Assembly: GCF_964204645.1 (NCBI RefSeq)
Contig: NC_134029.1
Coordinates: 17,478,950 to 17,542,949 of the forward strand
Source: Tubulanus polymorphus
Taxonomy: Eukaryota; Animalia; Nemertea
DNA: 64,000 nt
Reading direction: 5' to 3'
How positions within the stretch are numbered: the stretch's first letter is position 1; each line of letters starts with the position of its first letter. Under the pieces are notes generated by a model. It saw only the letters and a program-made list of their open reading frames with translations. It ran no database searches and was not told the origin of the DNA. The translations under genes were made by a program, and so were the position numbers. This document shows, one piece after another, positions 12,262 to 25,649 of this stretch.

Positions 12262-14473
12262 CCCTTGATCGATTTCTCATGCATGTACAATTCACGCTTA
12301 ATGTGATAGATATTCACAATCCTGAAGATAAACAAACGAATAAAATAATATCATAAATTACACGCATTTTTCATTTTGTTCGAAAAGTTTAAGAGGCTAA
12401 TTACAGGCGATAGAGCATCGAGAGAACCGGATTGGTGCCCCGGTAATTTCGTGAATTCATGGTAACTTTCTGAGTAATATGCTTGCACCACAGGGCGATC
12501 GTCGTCATGTTGAAATGCGGGAGATACATGAATATGCAATTTTGCAAAGAAATTGCGATCAGGCAGCGGAGGCACCGAAATGCAAACTGCGATTAAGTAA
12601 TACCCCCTGCCTAGTCGCAACAGCCAAATCGATTCGTTTTGGCACCCATACCAAATTGCAAACTGTTTTCCGAAATTCAGCATCCACAGCCTTTAACGAA
12701 TTATTAAATACAATGTATGTCCCGAATCACCTATACGTAACATAAGGCACTTTATCGAAACTTCTTTGTCGGATTATCTAAGACCACATTTGTCAATCAA
12801 AAAGATAACTATTACGATATTCATGTTTATATAGAAAATTTTTGAATAAATATTTTATTTATTTTTAGCACATTCATTCAATCAACGCTCATAATCATTA
12901 TCATACAGTATAATGTGAATAATTTCGAGTTACATTTATAGTAATACAGTACCGGTATTTACAACGAGACACTCCAGTTTGTTCAATATATCAAACAGCT
13001 ATCAATGTGTTTCGCATTTCAACTATTTCGCATTTTTTTCACAATTACATACTTGGAATAATCATTAAGGTGAATCGGTAAACCTTGCTCAACAGGAATA
13101 ATCATACAAGATTTGAATAAATGCAAGTCCCAGTCAGAGATGTTTTATGCATTACAGAAAACATTCGAGTTGAGCAACATTTACCGTTGTTGCACTACAT
13201 GGCTGTCAACCTTTTTATAGAGTGGAACCTTGTTACAATGAACCTCGGCAGGGGCTGAATTGGAGGATGGTCTCCAGGGTCCAGATCCCTGCCTTCCAAT
13301 TCAGGTTGCCCTTTTCATTGTGACACATTTCTTTAAAACCTGCAAATTTGACACTCATCTCGGAAATTGCATCTTTCGTGTATATTTTTTCAAAAGTATC
13401 TTATACCAATGGTGGGGACCTGCCTTTGACAAGGTTACTCAACCTTCACCTAGATCTGCCCCTGCTCAGGGTACTAGGTTCACCTCAGCAGGGCAGTCGG
13501 AACACTTTTTTGCTTTACAAAAATTTTCTCAAAAGAACGCTGTACCGCGTAGCAGCTCGTCGATTCTCTGTACTAGGTGGTTGCTCATGACTTCTCATGC
13601 TTCTGTGAATGAGACCGTGAAATGGCTCCAAAACGCATCTCCAGCGATTGAATTTTCAAAATTTTTCTAAGGGAGGGAGGGCCCCCACACCCCCTTCAGA
13701 AATAAACCTCACCACTGAAAAATTCCTTCCGACGGCTCTGCCTCAGTTATCGTAACAACCGATTATCATCTCATTTCTTTTCAATAAGGAATTGGTTTGA
13801 TATTTCGGTTTGTTATAAAACTGATAAATCGCTACATAACAAGATTCCACTGATATCACCAGCTATATGTACGTATAAGTACCATCCGTTATGAAGTTGA
13901 TACATGTATTAGTCTTCAGCATAAGTCCGTGCAACAATATAACAATATACTGATAGATGTTATTAGTACTTCGATATTTCGATACATCAGATTAAATCCG
14001 TAATTTCTCAATGAACGAATGACAAAATATAGAAAATCAGTAACATCTCTGACAGAAATACAGTTGATTGCACCAAACTCAGTCAAGCAACTTCGGAGTA
14101 ATAATTAGTGTTGGATTGATCTTCATGCGAAATCAAAAATCATAGATATGAGCAGTTTACAGAGGCATGATTGGCTTGAGTTGTAGAAATCCAATCCATT
14201 GAAACAACTTTTGATGTAATAAACCAAGATAGTCGATGCATACAAATTACACTTCGGGGGTTCCGGCAACGATTTCACTTCACAACGGTAAAAAAATAAC
14301 CTTTCAATTGATGTTATTGGCGAATCATATTTTTCCACACAATATATCAAAACGTTTCCACGTAAACAAACCTATGAATCACATGGTTGTTTCATTCTTT
14401 ATACGAGAGAAACGCAAGAGAAATGTTTAGTTATCAACCCCGCAGCATCCCCAGTCCTGTCTCTCGTCTTGTC

Positions 14474-14493
14474 GTGTGTGTGTGTGTGTGTGT
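14474..14493. repeat. (GT)n microsatellite in the presumptive LAMTOR1 3' UTR
   Basis: gtgtgtgtgtgtgtgtgtgt. Confidence 0.9.
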
Positions 14494-14551
14494 TCAGTGA
14501 TCGTGAAGACAAGAGAAATAATTATATCATTTGTTTAACGATTTAGACTAA

Positions 14552-17500
14552 TTACGGTACGCCGAATGGTACAACTAAATCCACAATATGGTGAACTTTC
14601 ACATCTTTCAACGCATTTGAAGCTTTCTCAGCCGCCACAGTTATCTACAAGTAAACAATAGAATAATATTGAGAAGCAACGAAAAACAAAACATAACCTG
14701 AAAGGGTTTCGGTTGCGTAAAAATTCCACGATAAAATGAATGGATCTAAAAAGTAAATTTTGAAAATTATAAATATTTCGGGTGGTAGCAACCACCCTTC
14801 TCCAATCTAAAACGACTTGCCAAATAAATACGTCATTTCAGACTGTAGAAGGGTGGTAGCAACCACCCAAAATATTTCTAATCTTAAAAATTAACATTTT
14901 AGATTCATTCATTTATTGTGGGATTTTTACTCGTCGTCTTATCACGGATATTGTGATTCTCAACCGATTCGACAATGTTTCGGTTGTCATCAATTAGAGG
15001 AAATTACCCCGTCTCTTTTTAGATGTTTAGTTTATTGGCAAGCGTTATTATACAGTCAACCCCGCGTAATTTCGATCACCTCCAACCGTGTAAATTTACC
15101 AGGATTACACATCATAAATTACCAGTAATTATGCATAGGTTCTGATCATTCTAATTATACATAGAAACCGTGGAAGTTTCCTGATGAATGGATAAACATC
15201 ATACATTGCCGTTTAAAAAGTTATCCTCTAGACAAATACGCAAATTTTTTCAGAATCCCCTTGGTCAGGACAAAGTGCAATAAATAGTATAGCCATGATC
15301 ACAGGCCCGAGTTAAATTAGGCCCATGCCTAATCAGAGTGTATTCACGCGTAAACGAGATTTGATACTAAACAATGCTTAAACAACGCGAAGTGAGTTAC
15401 CTCTGGAACCAGTTGCAATTCACACACAATAATGACCCCTGCTAAAATTTGGCTTGGACCAAACACTTGTGTGATCGCAGCTTGTGATACGATCAAACGG
15501 ACCTTGAAATCCACTCCGGATTATGCAAATATATGGACTACAAAGAGCCAGATACATTACATCTAGATCGGAAACTAATGGAACTTTTTCAATAAGTGAC
15601 TAGAAAATGCGCTCGCAGTTCTAGGCTTCGTATGGAGCTCAATGCCAGTCCTGCATACCTGAAGGCCTACAGAACCGGGAATACGTAGGACAAGAATAGG
15701 AATTTAATTTCTGAAAATCTATTTTTCAAAAGCAGACCTATTTCGCATTTAGGGCCATTCTTCTAATCCCCTTCACCCCTCCCAGCGTAATGGGCACTTG
15801 ACTCTGATACTGCACTGTACTGCAGATAGAACAGCTGATTTTGCAATCACACCACTGCACGAGAATCGATTAGTTAGGAATTGAGTGAACGAGTGTAGAC
15901 AAAATCTGAAAGGAACCACTTAAGAGCTTTTTTGACTGACGGTGTGCTGTACCGATATGTACAATACGAAATAACAGTCAATTTCTCCGAAATTACAAAA
16001 TCTTTTCATACGAGCCACCGAGAAATCATACGAAAGATAACTTTTCTTATCAGAGTGCTTGTAAAAAGGTTTCCATGAATAATCGATCTACATATACATG
16101 GCAAAAATGGTTCGATTCGAGATTAATTGAAATAAAGAAGTAGCGTAGTCCGCATTCCATTAACAAGAATAATAATTGATACGTACAAACTGAATATCAG
16201 TCAACGAAACTGGTGGGGCTGATAAAATAACATGAGGCGGAGCTCCCGCGTTAGGTAACGTCGAAGTCGATCGCATTCTATGTGAATTACTGCATATCAT
16301 TTCAACTCTCGTTCTGAAAAATAAGAAAGGAAACGATGTAACATGATAATAGAATAGCCACACAAGGACGTAACGCATAAATTTAACAAACTTTTGTGCA
16401 ACTGATCCCTGGTATATGTTGTATTTTATATATCGTATTAACGGTTATATCGTAACAGATATTTGGTCCAAATATACAGAATACGTACACTTAGCGAGGG
16501 TTATAATGTAACACCTTCAATGCGCGCTATTCTCACATTGGGGGATTGTATATGAGGCAGGATTTACAACTCAAAACAATGAGCTACAACTTTTCAATGG
16601 ATTGTGATAATGTGAGTGAATAGCATGACTGGTTGGCCTATAGGACTACTGAAGTGAAGTATGCTTAATAACGATTCCAGGTACAAGTGGTATCAGGAGC
16701 CAGACAATTAAGTTTTATCGTTTGGATATGAAATTTCAAGCAAAGAATCTGTTGACGTTTTTGATTAAATAACACAATGAATGCTAAGACTGGCTGCCAA
16801 TTGTGTACAGTGGACTGAGCAAAAATCCATTCAAAACATCACAAATCCATTCCAACAGTATACCAATCTCAAAATCCATTGTCATGACAATCAGTGCTAA
16901 GCGACAATGAATTCAGGCCAAAAATTACATTCTAGCCTACCAGATATGACCACCAGGTGACTACCTTAGAAGTTTAATAGTCTTCTTGATGTGCCAGATA
17001 TTGAAATGTAACAATAGAATTCATAGAAGAATCTTCAGATTTTCCCAAAAAACTAAGAAATATGCAAAATCTGGTCATAGAAAATTACCAACAGCTTCTC
17101 TAATGTATCTATTCATTATATCATATTTTTCCAAACCAATCTTTAACAATGCAATTTAATAAATTCAAATGTAAAACAACCCAGCACAGAGCTTGCCGTG
17201 TTGATACTACATACACATCAGGGCTGGCGGAAGGAGAAACTCATTGGTCCGGCCACTTCCGCTAGTGTGGAGATATTTGCGAGCACCCAAGATGTCGAGC
17301 ACTGGTGGGGGATCTGGGGGTTCTCTTTTTGAAAAAGCTTTTGAAATGCTTAGAACCAGGAGATGCGTTTTAATGACATTCTGGCATGAGATATTTGAAA
17401 TTAATCCCCTTACATCGGGAGAAAATTCACGGCAAGACGATAGTAGTTTTTATGCAAAATTTTGTATGATTATCGGCATTCATGTATTACGTCAAAGTGA

Positions 17501-20500
17501 TCGGCAAAGTTTTGGTCCGGCCAAGGCCACCCCGGATCCGCCGGCCATGCACATGAAACCAATACTATTATAACCAAAACTACTGTTCTCGTGTAGATGA
17601 GGCTTTTGACGTTACTGTCACGTTAAGATGTTACTGTCACGCTTCACCACTGGAACCAGGGTAGTTGAATCAACCCTTTTACTAACTGGCCCATCTCATT
17701 AGTTGAACTATGTGTATAACTTACTTATAATGTTTAACACGATCGAAATATTCTTGTTGTTCTAAGTTATGAGTGTCAATGGCAGAAACATCAATAACAT
17801 TGCTGAAATATATATATAAATGTCCATGAATTAGTCAGTTACATGAGATAGAGATGCATCAGCATAATTACCTGACAGTTGTCATTCAGACCTTGGATGG
17901 AGTAATCAAACTGAATACTCCAAGTTCGGAAGACATATATTATAAATTACTGGGGCCCAGTTTTATACACTGGTATTATTTTTAACCTAGGGGTAAATAA
18001 ATTGAAAAAGAATCAGTCACCCCTGGGTAAAGTGAACACCAGTCTATGAAACCAGCCCCAGATAATTAGCTTGAAACTCAATTTTGTGAGCCTCACAAAA
18101 TTCATTGTATACATTGAATCTCATTGATCGGAGGAATGTGAATCTCATTGATCAGAGGAATGTGAATCTCATTGCTGAGAGGAATGTGTGAATCTCATTG
18201 CTCAAAGGAATGTAATCTCATGGCTCGGAGGAATGTGAATCTCATTGCGAGGAGGAATGTGAATCTCATTGCACAGAGGAATGCGAATCTCATTGCGAGG
18301 AGTAATGTGAATCTCATTGCTCAGAGGAATGTGAAGCTCATTGTTCAGAGGAATGTGAATCTCATTGAGCAGAGGAATGTGAATCTCATTGCTCAGAAGA
18401 ATGCGAATCTCATTGCTCAAAGGAATGTGAATCTCATTGCTCAGAGGAATGTGAATCTCATTGACCCGAGGAATGTGAATCTCAGTTCTCAGAGGAATGT
18501 GAATCTCATTGCTCAAAGTAATGTGAATCTCATTGCTCAAAGGAATGAGAATCTCATTGCTCAGAGGAATGTGAATCTCATTGCTCAGAGGAATGCGAAC
18601 CTCATTGCACAGAGGAATGTGAATCTCATTGATCAGAGGAATGTGAATCTCATTGCTAATAGGAATGTGAATCTCATTGCTAAAAGGAATGTGAATCTCA
18701 TTGCTCAAAGTAATGTGAATCTCATTGCTCAAAGGAATGAGAATCTCATTGCTCAGAGGAATGTGAATCCCATTGCACAGAGGAATGTGACAAAGGAAGG
18801 TGAATCACATTGCTCAGAGGAATGTGAACCTCATTGCACAGAGGAATGTGAATCTCATTGATCAGAGGAATGTGAATCTCATTGCTAAAAGGAATCTGAA
18901 TCTCATTGCTCAAAGGAATGAGAATCTCATTGCGAGGAGGAATGTGAAACTCATTGCTCAGAAGAATGTGAAGCTCATTGCTCAGAAGAATGTGAAGCTC
19001 ATTGCTCAGAGGAATGTGAATCTCATTGAGCAGAGGAATGTGAATCTCATTGCTCAGAAGAATGCGAATCTCATTGCTCAAAGGAATGTGAATCTCATTG
19101 CTCGGAGGAATGTGAATCTCATTGACCCGAGGAATGTGAATCTCATTGCTCAGAGGAATGTGAATCTCATTGCACAGAGGAATGTGACAAAGGAAGGTGA
19201 ATCTCATTGCTCAGAGGAATGTGAATCTCATTGCGCAGAGGAATGTGAATCTAATTGCTCAGAGGAATGTGAATCTCATTGCTCAGAGAAATGAGAACCA
19301 ATGAATTATTACACATGTTCAGTAAACATTGCTCAAGTCGGATCATTTGGGACCAAGCAAAAATCATCTGTCTTAGAAAATTACAACCTGAGAATTAATT
19401 TCGTTACGCGGAAAAATTACATCAAGATCTACCAGAAATGATTTAAAAACACTAACACAAATCACAACAACTAAAACAACGACTGTTAATATCTATCCAG
19501 TGCTTCATCTAGCATTAAAAAAGGGCAGGGTGCTGATTTCAAATAAGAGCATTTTTGTGCGTGATTCCATCGGAGCAAGGGCACATAATAACGCGCTCAC
19601 GTCTGTTTTAGGGGCAAACTGCAATGTTCCCTATTGCATAGAATCGAGGTACCCCTTACTACGATTGAGGACTAGAAACTATGTTTAACTCTGATTTTGC
19701 CATGAGTGACACACTTGACCACAGTACATCCTTACACCTATGCCTGTCAATGAACAAAAGTTAATCTAGATAGGGCTTTCAAAATGATTTGGAAAACCAG
19801 TTGCAGACAAAAAAATTGCAGAAAAAAGCAATCTTAAGTAGCAAATACAGCGAAAAAGAGCCAGCAATAGTGTATAGGCCTACATGAAATTGCATATTTT
19901 TAATCTTAGAAATATCAAATTAATTGATTTAAATTGATAGTGTTAGTGATTGGCAAGTAACTGTTGATAATTGGTAAGCAGCCAGCTTAAGAACACATTA
20001 TTGCTATTAGGCTACTCAAACTAATTGTCTGTGCGAGTCTCTCTGTGAGTTCACCGAACAAAGTTTTTCACCTTGTATATATAAAATTTGTTTAATAGTT
20101 TAGATAAAAAGATCCAGAGCCCAGAGCATCACGATATGTTCAAAACGAAACAATCCATCGAATATACACTACCAGCTTTACAACGGCAGTCGCTAGAATG
20201 ATTGACAGTAGTTTGGGAGTCAGCCAATTTCCTGGAAACTTAAACTAGGCCACGCGTCTGAGGCACGTTTTCACACGATGCACACTGACTGCAGTACATT
20301 TGAATATAACCACTGATCACATGAGCTACTATCGTTGATATCATACGAGATATTTCATAGCCGTCGCAGGAAACTTACTAACAGTCGGATGCGTCGGCTT
20401 ATTTTGAAAGCCCTGACTCATTACTCGTGACTGACAAGGGCAGGATGGCGGACATACGGCAAGTGATGAGGGCACAAGGGCGAGCATGGGACACATCTGA

Positions 20501-22533
20501 AGGGCACAAGGGCGGCTATTTTCGGGGGCGGGGCGGACCGCCCTTCTATTTTTGGCTAGATGAAGCACTGCTATCGTCAATTTAAAACCAGGAATAGGGA
20601 AGATTTTTGATTAAACTGCAATGGAAAGAAAATTGCCCTCCGACTTTTGGTTCGGTGATTTTAACTGATCTCTTATTTATGCAGAAAAGCACTACGAGAT
20701 AGGCGAGTTTCTGACATATAAAATCTGACTTTGGAATAAAAAAAATATTAATTTCTTTGAAAAGGAGAAGGGAAATCGGGACCATCAATATTCATTGGAT
20801 ATACCGGTAAGAGATTACCCAACTTTCACTGATGTGACTCAAGCAAGGTTTACTATATCTAAGTTATAAACAAGCTCCCATTGCGCACATGTCTTAAATA
20901 CTGGCAAAACATGCTCACTTATGAGTACAGGATATTCATTCAAGAGTACAGTCAAACAGAGCCCCCTTTATCACTCAACCCCAAACATTCGTTTACGTTG
21001 AGACTCGCCACCGGTGTGAGTAATTTCCAAAATTAGCTAGAAGCAAGAAACTAGTCAATTCCTTTATTCTAGGTACTACACATAGGCCTATGTTGTAATC
21101 ATTTTTATTGGCTATTGTCAGATAAAGCGTCACGATCTATTCTTTATTCACGAGACAGCATATCTAACTGACAAAAAGCTTCAACTTACTTGGCAGTTTG
21201 AAGTAAAATCCTACTTAATGTCGAGGCCTCATCTCCTTTTTGCGTGGCTTGATAATGTGGGCTTGAATTACTATCACTGCGGTCACATGAAAATAGATGT
21301 GAATTGAATAAATATCCATATAAAACTATACATCATTAATAATAATACAACCCTCTCATTCAGCTTGGTTAATTTTACATTAATTAGCTGGCACGACCCC
21401 AGAAGGCGGGTGGTAAAGAAACTCTTGACTACAATGCATACTATTGATGGTTTTATGAATGGATAACTTCAAAACCTGAAGTAGAATACATCTATGGATC
21501 TCTGCCGATGGGCTCCTAAGCTCAAAGATAGCCGCAGTTGACTCCTTAGATTGAAACATTTTGACTGACGTCTTAGATTACGTACCTAAACATAGACCTG
21601 CTTTGGTCAGCGTCACTAACAGGGTTTCTTAGTAAGCGGGTGGTTTCATCTGGATCTTGTTCCTGTAAAAAGGACAACGATAATTCAAAACACTATTCAC
21701 TATTAGGTTATCAAACACTCACTTCTTAATTAGGACACTTTTTGTGCCCTAGCTGGCACATGGGGCTTCGGCTAGGGTCGTCCAGGCATATTGATCAGTT
21801 GCCTTACTTCAGCTTTTTCCCATGTGAGAACACAGACCCGTAGCACGAGGAGGAGGGGGTTTAAAGTTTGCTTATATTCAATTCAAAAAGAAATATTAAG
21901 CAATTTAACATTACAACCATTACAATTCAATACATGTAGGGGTGCCTACATTAGACGTATGTTCATTTACTTAGACCTTTGTTATATCAACGAAAATCAC
22001 TCACTTAGAAGAGGCCTTATCTGAGCGCATCACACTTCTAAAATTTTTTTTGGGTAGCGCCCAGACTGCCAGCCAAAGAACAAACCAACGCACATATTTC
22101 TCGCGATATGGCTTAGATTATTTCTTTCATCAAGTTTTCTGGCCATGAAACGCCTCCAGGCAGAGTTAAGTAGCCATTACAGACATTGGAGGTAGGATTG
22201 TTTCATGTCATCCCGCGGGCTTCTAATAGACAGCGGCAAGAATAGTGCACGCATTGGGCAGCAGAAGGATCATGTCATCATGGGTTAGTGCTAACTAATA
22301 AAAAGGGTGGATGATCGAAGGATTTAACCACAGGCACTTGAAAATGGCCGATGAATTTGTTGAATTGTTTGTACAAACCCACATTTAAGTGCCTATGTTG
22401 TAGTAAAACAAGTCACCAAAAATAACGATCAATAAAGTGAAATTGAATTGAATTGTCTGGTTTTTTGACAGATCCAGCAGGTTCTTATCACCTGTGAACT
22501 TTTATCATCGTCCGAGCTGAAACAACACCCCAT
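14552..22533 (-). CDS. LAMTOR1: Ragulator complex protein LAMTOR1 (p18), 6 exons, 167 aa
   Basis: Minus-strand exons 22533-22492 (MGCCFSSDDDKSSQ; Gly2 myristoylation, Cys3/4 palmitoylation), 21662-21586 (EQDPDETTRLL, acidic dileucine motif), 21276-21190 (KGDEASTLSRILLQTA), 17802-17725 (NVIDVSAIDTHNLEQQEYFDR), 16313-16187 (PHVILSAPPV), 14644-14552 (..DLVVPFGVP*). All introns GT-AG with matching phases, total 504 nt. Motifs match the recalled vertebrate LAMTOR1 (MGCCYSS..NIIDVSAADS..ELVVQFGIP). Confidence 0.95.
14717..14930. mobile_element. Fold-back MITE (~215 bp) in the last LAMTOR1 intron
   Basis: gtaaaaattccacgataaaatgaatggatctaaaa pairs with ttttagattcattcatttattgtgggatttttac; both arms contain gggtggtagcaaccaccc. 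Confidence 0.75.
17219..17549. mobile_element. Non-autonomous DNA transposon (MITE) with apparent 5-bp target-site duplication
   Basis: Ends CAGGGCTGGCGGA / TCCGCCGGCCATG, flanked by CACAT on both sides; a related left end CAGGGCCGGCGGAAG occurs at ~30262. Confidence 0.65.
17950..18061. mobile_element. Short fold-back MITE
   Basis: ctggggcccagttttatacactggt ... accagtctatgaaaccagccccag imperfect inverted ends. Confidence 0.55.
18115..19292. repeat. 24-bp minisatellite (consensus GAGGAATGTGAATCTCATTGCTCA, about 49 units) in LAMTOR1 intron 3
   Basis: Direct tandem copies with no spacers; it generates the spurious repetitive ORFs (NVNLIAQR)n and (NEIHIPLS)n. Confidence 0.97.
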
Positions 22534-23351
22534 ATCATCCAACGGGTTGATGGGTTTATGTGAGTAGCAAACGCAACAACCGGGAATTATTGGCCGGAAT
22601 GATTTATTTCACGAATTTCACTTCCTGGTTAGTCGGTTTGTCAGCTGACACCGGCTACAGTTTAGATCGAATCCCTCAAAACCAGCTTTTACACTAATTA
22701 CCAAAAGAGCAAGGGCAAATACAACACAATATAAAAAGACTTAATTTGTCTTATCTTACCGAGCAATGGAACAATAGGGCGTAAGACCTTCGTAAATGCT
22801 CACATATTAAGAAAGTAAAAACTACATACGTTTTCCGTGGTTCCGTCAATAAATTTCGAACGTGTCTCGTGCACCGCAAAAAGCTAAACAATCGATCCCG
22901 GAGTTAGGTGAGGACGACCAACTCTTCACTACAGACTAATCTGGTTATACTGACCTGATTGATCTGACAGGAACCTGTATGAATGTGCTGCGCTCTTGTG
23001 AATCAAATCTCAGTAATGATGCTATAAGAAAAACCGAGAATTAGTATTAAATTCATCATATTACCACGAAGTCGAATCGAGGCGCGAACTGGGTTGGGTG
23101 GTCGTGGTCATTTTGAAGATGGCTTCTACATAAAGATGAAGAACATATTGTTAAATGTGATTGTAGCGAATAAATTCTAATAGGCGTAGCCTCGATTAGA
23201 TTTTTTAAAAAAACATCCGTTATGACAATTATATACTGCACTAGCCCTCCAGGTCCGTCCGTTCGAAATAGATGATGTACACGTGTGTCCCTGTTTCAAC
23301 CCACCCCCAAATTCAGTTTTTGTATTGTGACCTTTTATCCTGTTCGATCAG

Positions 23352-24383
23352 CTACACTCGATTTCCAAAACGATGACAACTCAAAAACCAAACTAGAGTT
23401 TCTCCAAAACCTCTTCGAATTACTAAATAAACGAATAAATTTATCATAGCATTGATAGCGTGTAACAACTGACCAGAATGATACGGACGATATTCTGATC
23501 CGTCAGGTAAAATCACCGGTAACACTGTATTTATTAAAGCCATTCCGTATTCAACCACAAATACTACATTTAAAGCTAATATTGTCAGAGTTATTTGTCG
23601 TCCTTGTTTGGTGTTTGTCGAATCTTCATCTTTGACGTCGATTTGTTGAAGTTTGTGTCGCTGTCGAGCAGCTAACCGAACCAAAGCCGCCATATGTAGA
23701 TTACAACAAAAAACAATCAAACCCGGAATAAACTGTAACACAATTTTACCGAATATAAAATCGTAATACAATGCATATTCTTTATTCTGAAGCAGGAGTT
23801 TCCTTCTATCTATATAACGACAAGGTTGATCGGGCATCTCCACATATGTTTTTAAATCCCAAATTGTTGGTAGATCGAAAATAAAAGTAAGAATCCAAAT
23901 TGCAACAGAAACACGAAATGCATTTCGAATCGTGCAAATATTCCTGGCAGACAGTGGGAATCTAATAGCTACATAGCGGTCTAAACTTAACGCGAACAGT
24001 AGCCACGAACTGGTGGTCGTGGTCATTTGGTAGATGGCGTCTATGTAAAGAAAGATATGACGAAAATATTGCTGAAAAATGTGATCGTAGTGCATATATT
24101 CCAACAAATGGAAGCTCCTAGAGACCAACTCGCGTCCGAACAAACCGGTTAGACAGTTCACGGTATCAGCTACAGCGAGCATCTCTAAATATAGAATACT
24201 GCTACCTCTAAGTTTCATCAAATGGAGAACAATGAACGCGAGACAGTTAGAGATGATACCGATTGTATAAAGTATACCACGCGTTAGTATCATGATCGAC
24301 TTGTACGATAAGATCGTACCTGATCCATCACAGAATGTACCACAACAAATCAGCCAAGGATCTACTGTTTCGTTCAGTGTCAT
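23352..24383 (-). CDS. Intronless class A GPCR (FMRFamide-receptor-like orphan group), tandem copy A, 343 aa
   Basis: Seven hydrophobic segments; LAVAD in TM2, SLDRYVAIRFPL after TM3, Trp in TM4, FIP in TM5, NAMINLFVY in TM7; complete ORF. Confidence 0.92.
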   Translation of the reverse strand: MTLNETVDPWLICCGTFCDGSGTILSYKSIMILTRGILYTIGIISNCLAFIVLHLMKLRGSSILYLEMLAVADTVNCLTGLFGRELVSRSFHLLEYMHYDHIFQQYFRHIFLYIDAIYQMTTTTSSWLLFALSLDRYVAIRFPLSARNICTIRNAFRVSVAIWILTFIFDLPTIWDLKTYVEMPDQPCRYIDRRKLLLQNKEYALYYDFIFGKIVLQFIPGLIVFCCNLHMAALVRLAARQRHKLQQIDVKDEDSTNTKQGRQITLTILALNVVFVVEYGMALINTVLPVILPDGSEYRPYHSGQLLHAINAMINLFVYLVIRRGFGETLVWFLSCHRFGNRV

Positions 24384-25649
24384 TGTTTTTGATTGCGATG
24401 AGAAAAGTGTTTGAGAAACCAGTTACTAGATTCGTACTGATGCGACACTGTCTGTTTCTTCATGTTCGCTTTAGTTTCGAAGAAACAGTACTATAATCAT
24501 CTTGTGCGCAGTCATATAGATGTGCGGGCTCGTCGCCACAGTTTGCTACAACAGGCTGTAATTTCTAAAACTGCAGGCTTCTATGTGTGCATGGTGTACG
24601 TATCAGTTCTATCGTCAGTTCCATGAGAAGCTTTAAAGATTTTACATAAACTTTTAATGCTGAATTCATTTCGAGTTTTAGTGTATGACATAATACCCGT
24701 ATACTGATTCTGCACGATCGGGAATTCTTTTGGTAGAAAATTTGCCACTAAACAAAACACAATATGAAACTTGAATGATATAGCGGGTATTGTTAGTGAA
24801 TAGACTCACCACACTTGACTGGTCACCAAACACCACACTTGACAAACTTATCACCACACCACACAGCTCACTGGTCACCACTGACCAGACAACCCTCCCA
24901 ACATCGACAGTCACTCTTGATCTACGGTCAAATTATGGTGGAATTTAATCCCCTGCCCTGTATTTCTTCTGAGATTCTGATTCTTAGTTGTCCTGGCTGA
25001 AGAGATGATAGATAGGATTGTCCCAGGTTCGAGCCCGGTCTATTTGATACTAATACCGAGTGACCTACACGAGCTTTTATTGCATCTATTTGTCTTTTTG
25101 TTTGTTTTGCTCCTTTCCTAAAATATGATACAACGGGTCCATAAAAAACATAGTTTGAACCATCAATCAATAATCAAATCTTTAAAATATATTTTTTTAC
25201 CTTTTTGTTCGTTTGTATTGAATCGCTCTCCCTGCAGGCATACATAATCAAAAGTTATACATTTTCGGCGGGAAGTATATGGCCCATTATCAGAGAATTC
25301 AAATTTCAAATAAATTCTCTTGAAAAAATTGGAAATTATGGGTGTACAAACTTATGATCATGGGTTCTGACCCAAGATTGTTTTGGTTTAAGGAGATTAA
25401 TTCTCATCATATCAGAGATATAAACAGGTTGGGTTTAATCTAGAGGACTGTTTCTGGGACATTGAGGTTGGCTCTTAAAAGAATCGAGTTGAGATCGATG
25501 ATCGAATAATTTTCAGGCGTCTCACTTTCAACCCTGAAACTGATTCAGAGTGATCTGGGTGCTGAATAGATGATGTACACGGGTGCCCCTGTTTCAACCC
25601 ACTCCCAAATTCAGTTTTTGTATTGTGACCTTTTATCCTGTTCGATCAA

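Noticed and set aside
12351-12745. Overlapping ORFs between the protease and LAMTOR1
   Set aside because: No recognisable domain or splice support; probably UTR or intergenic.
15400-15600. Apparent extra minus-strand exon (VRLIVSQAAITQVFG..) or a TGA/selenocysteine reading
   Set aside because: LAMTOR1 is complete and colinear without it; no SECIS evidence and no recognisable motif.
18115-19292. CRISPR array, or a repeat protein from ORFs 18172-19294
   Set aside because: Units abut with no unique spacers, no cas genes are present and the context is a eukaryotic intron; the ORFs are by-products of a 24-bp period.
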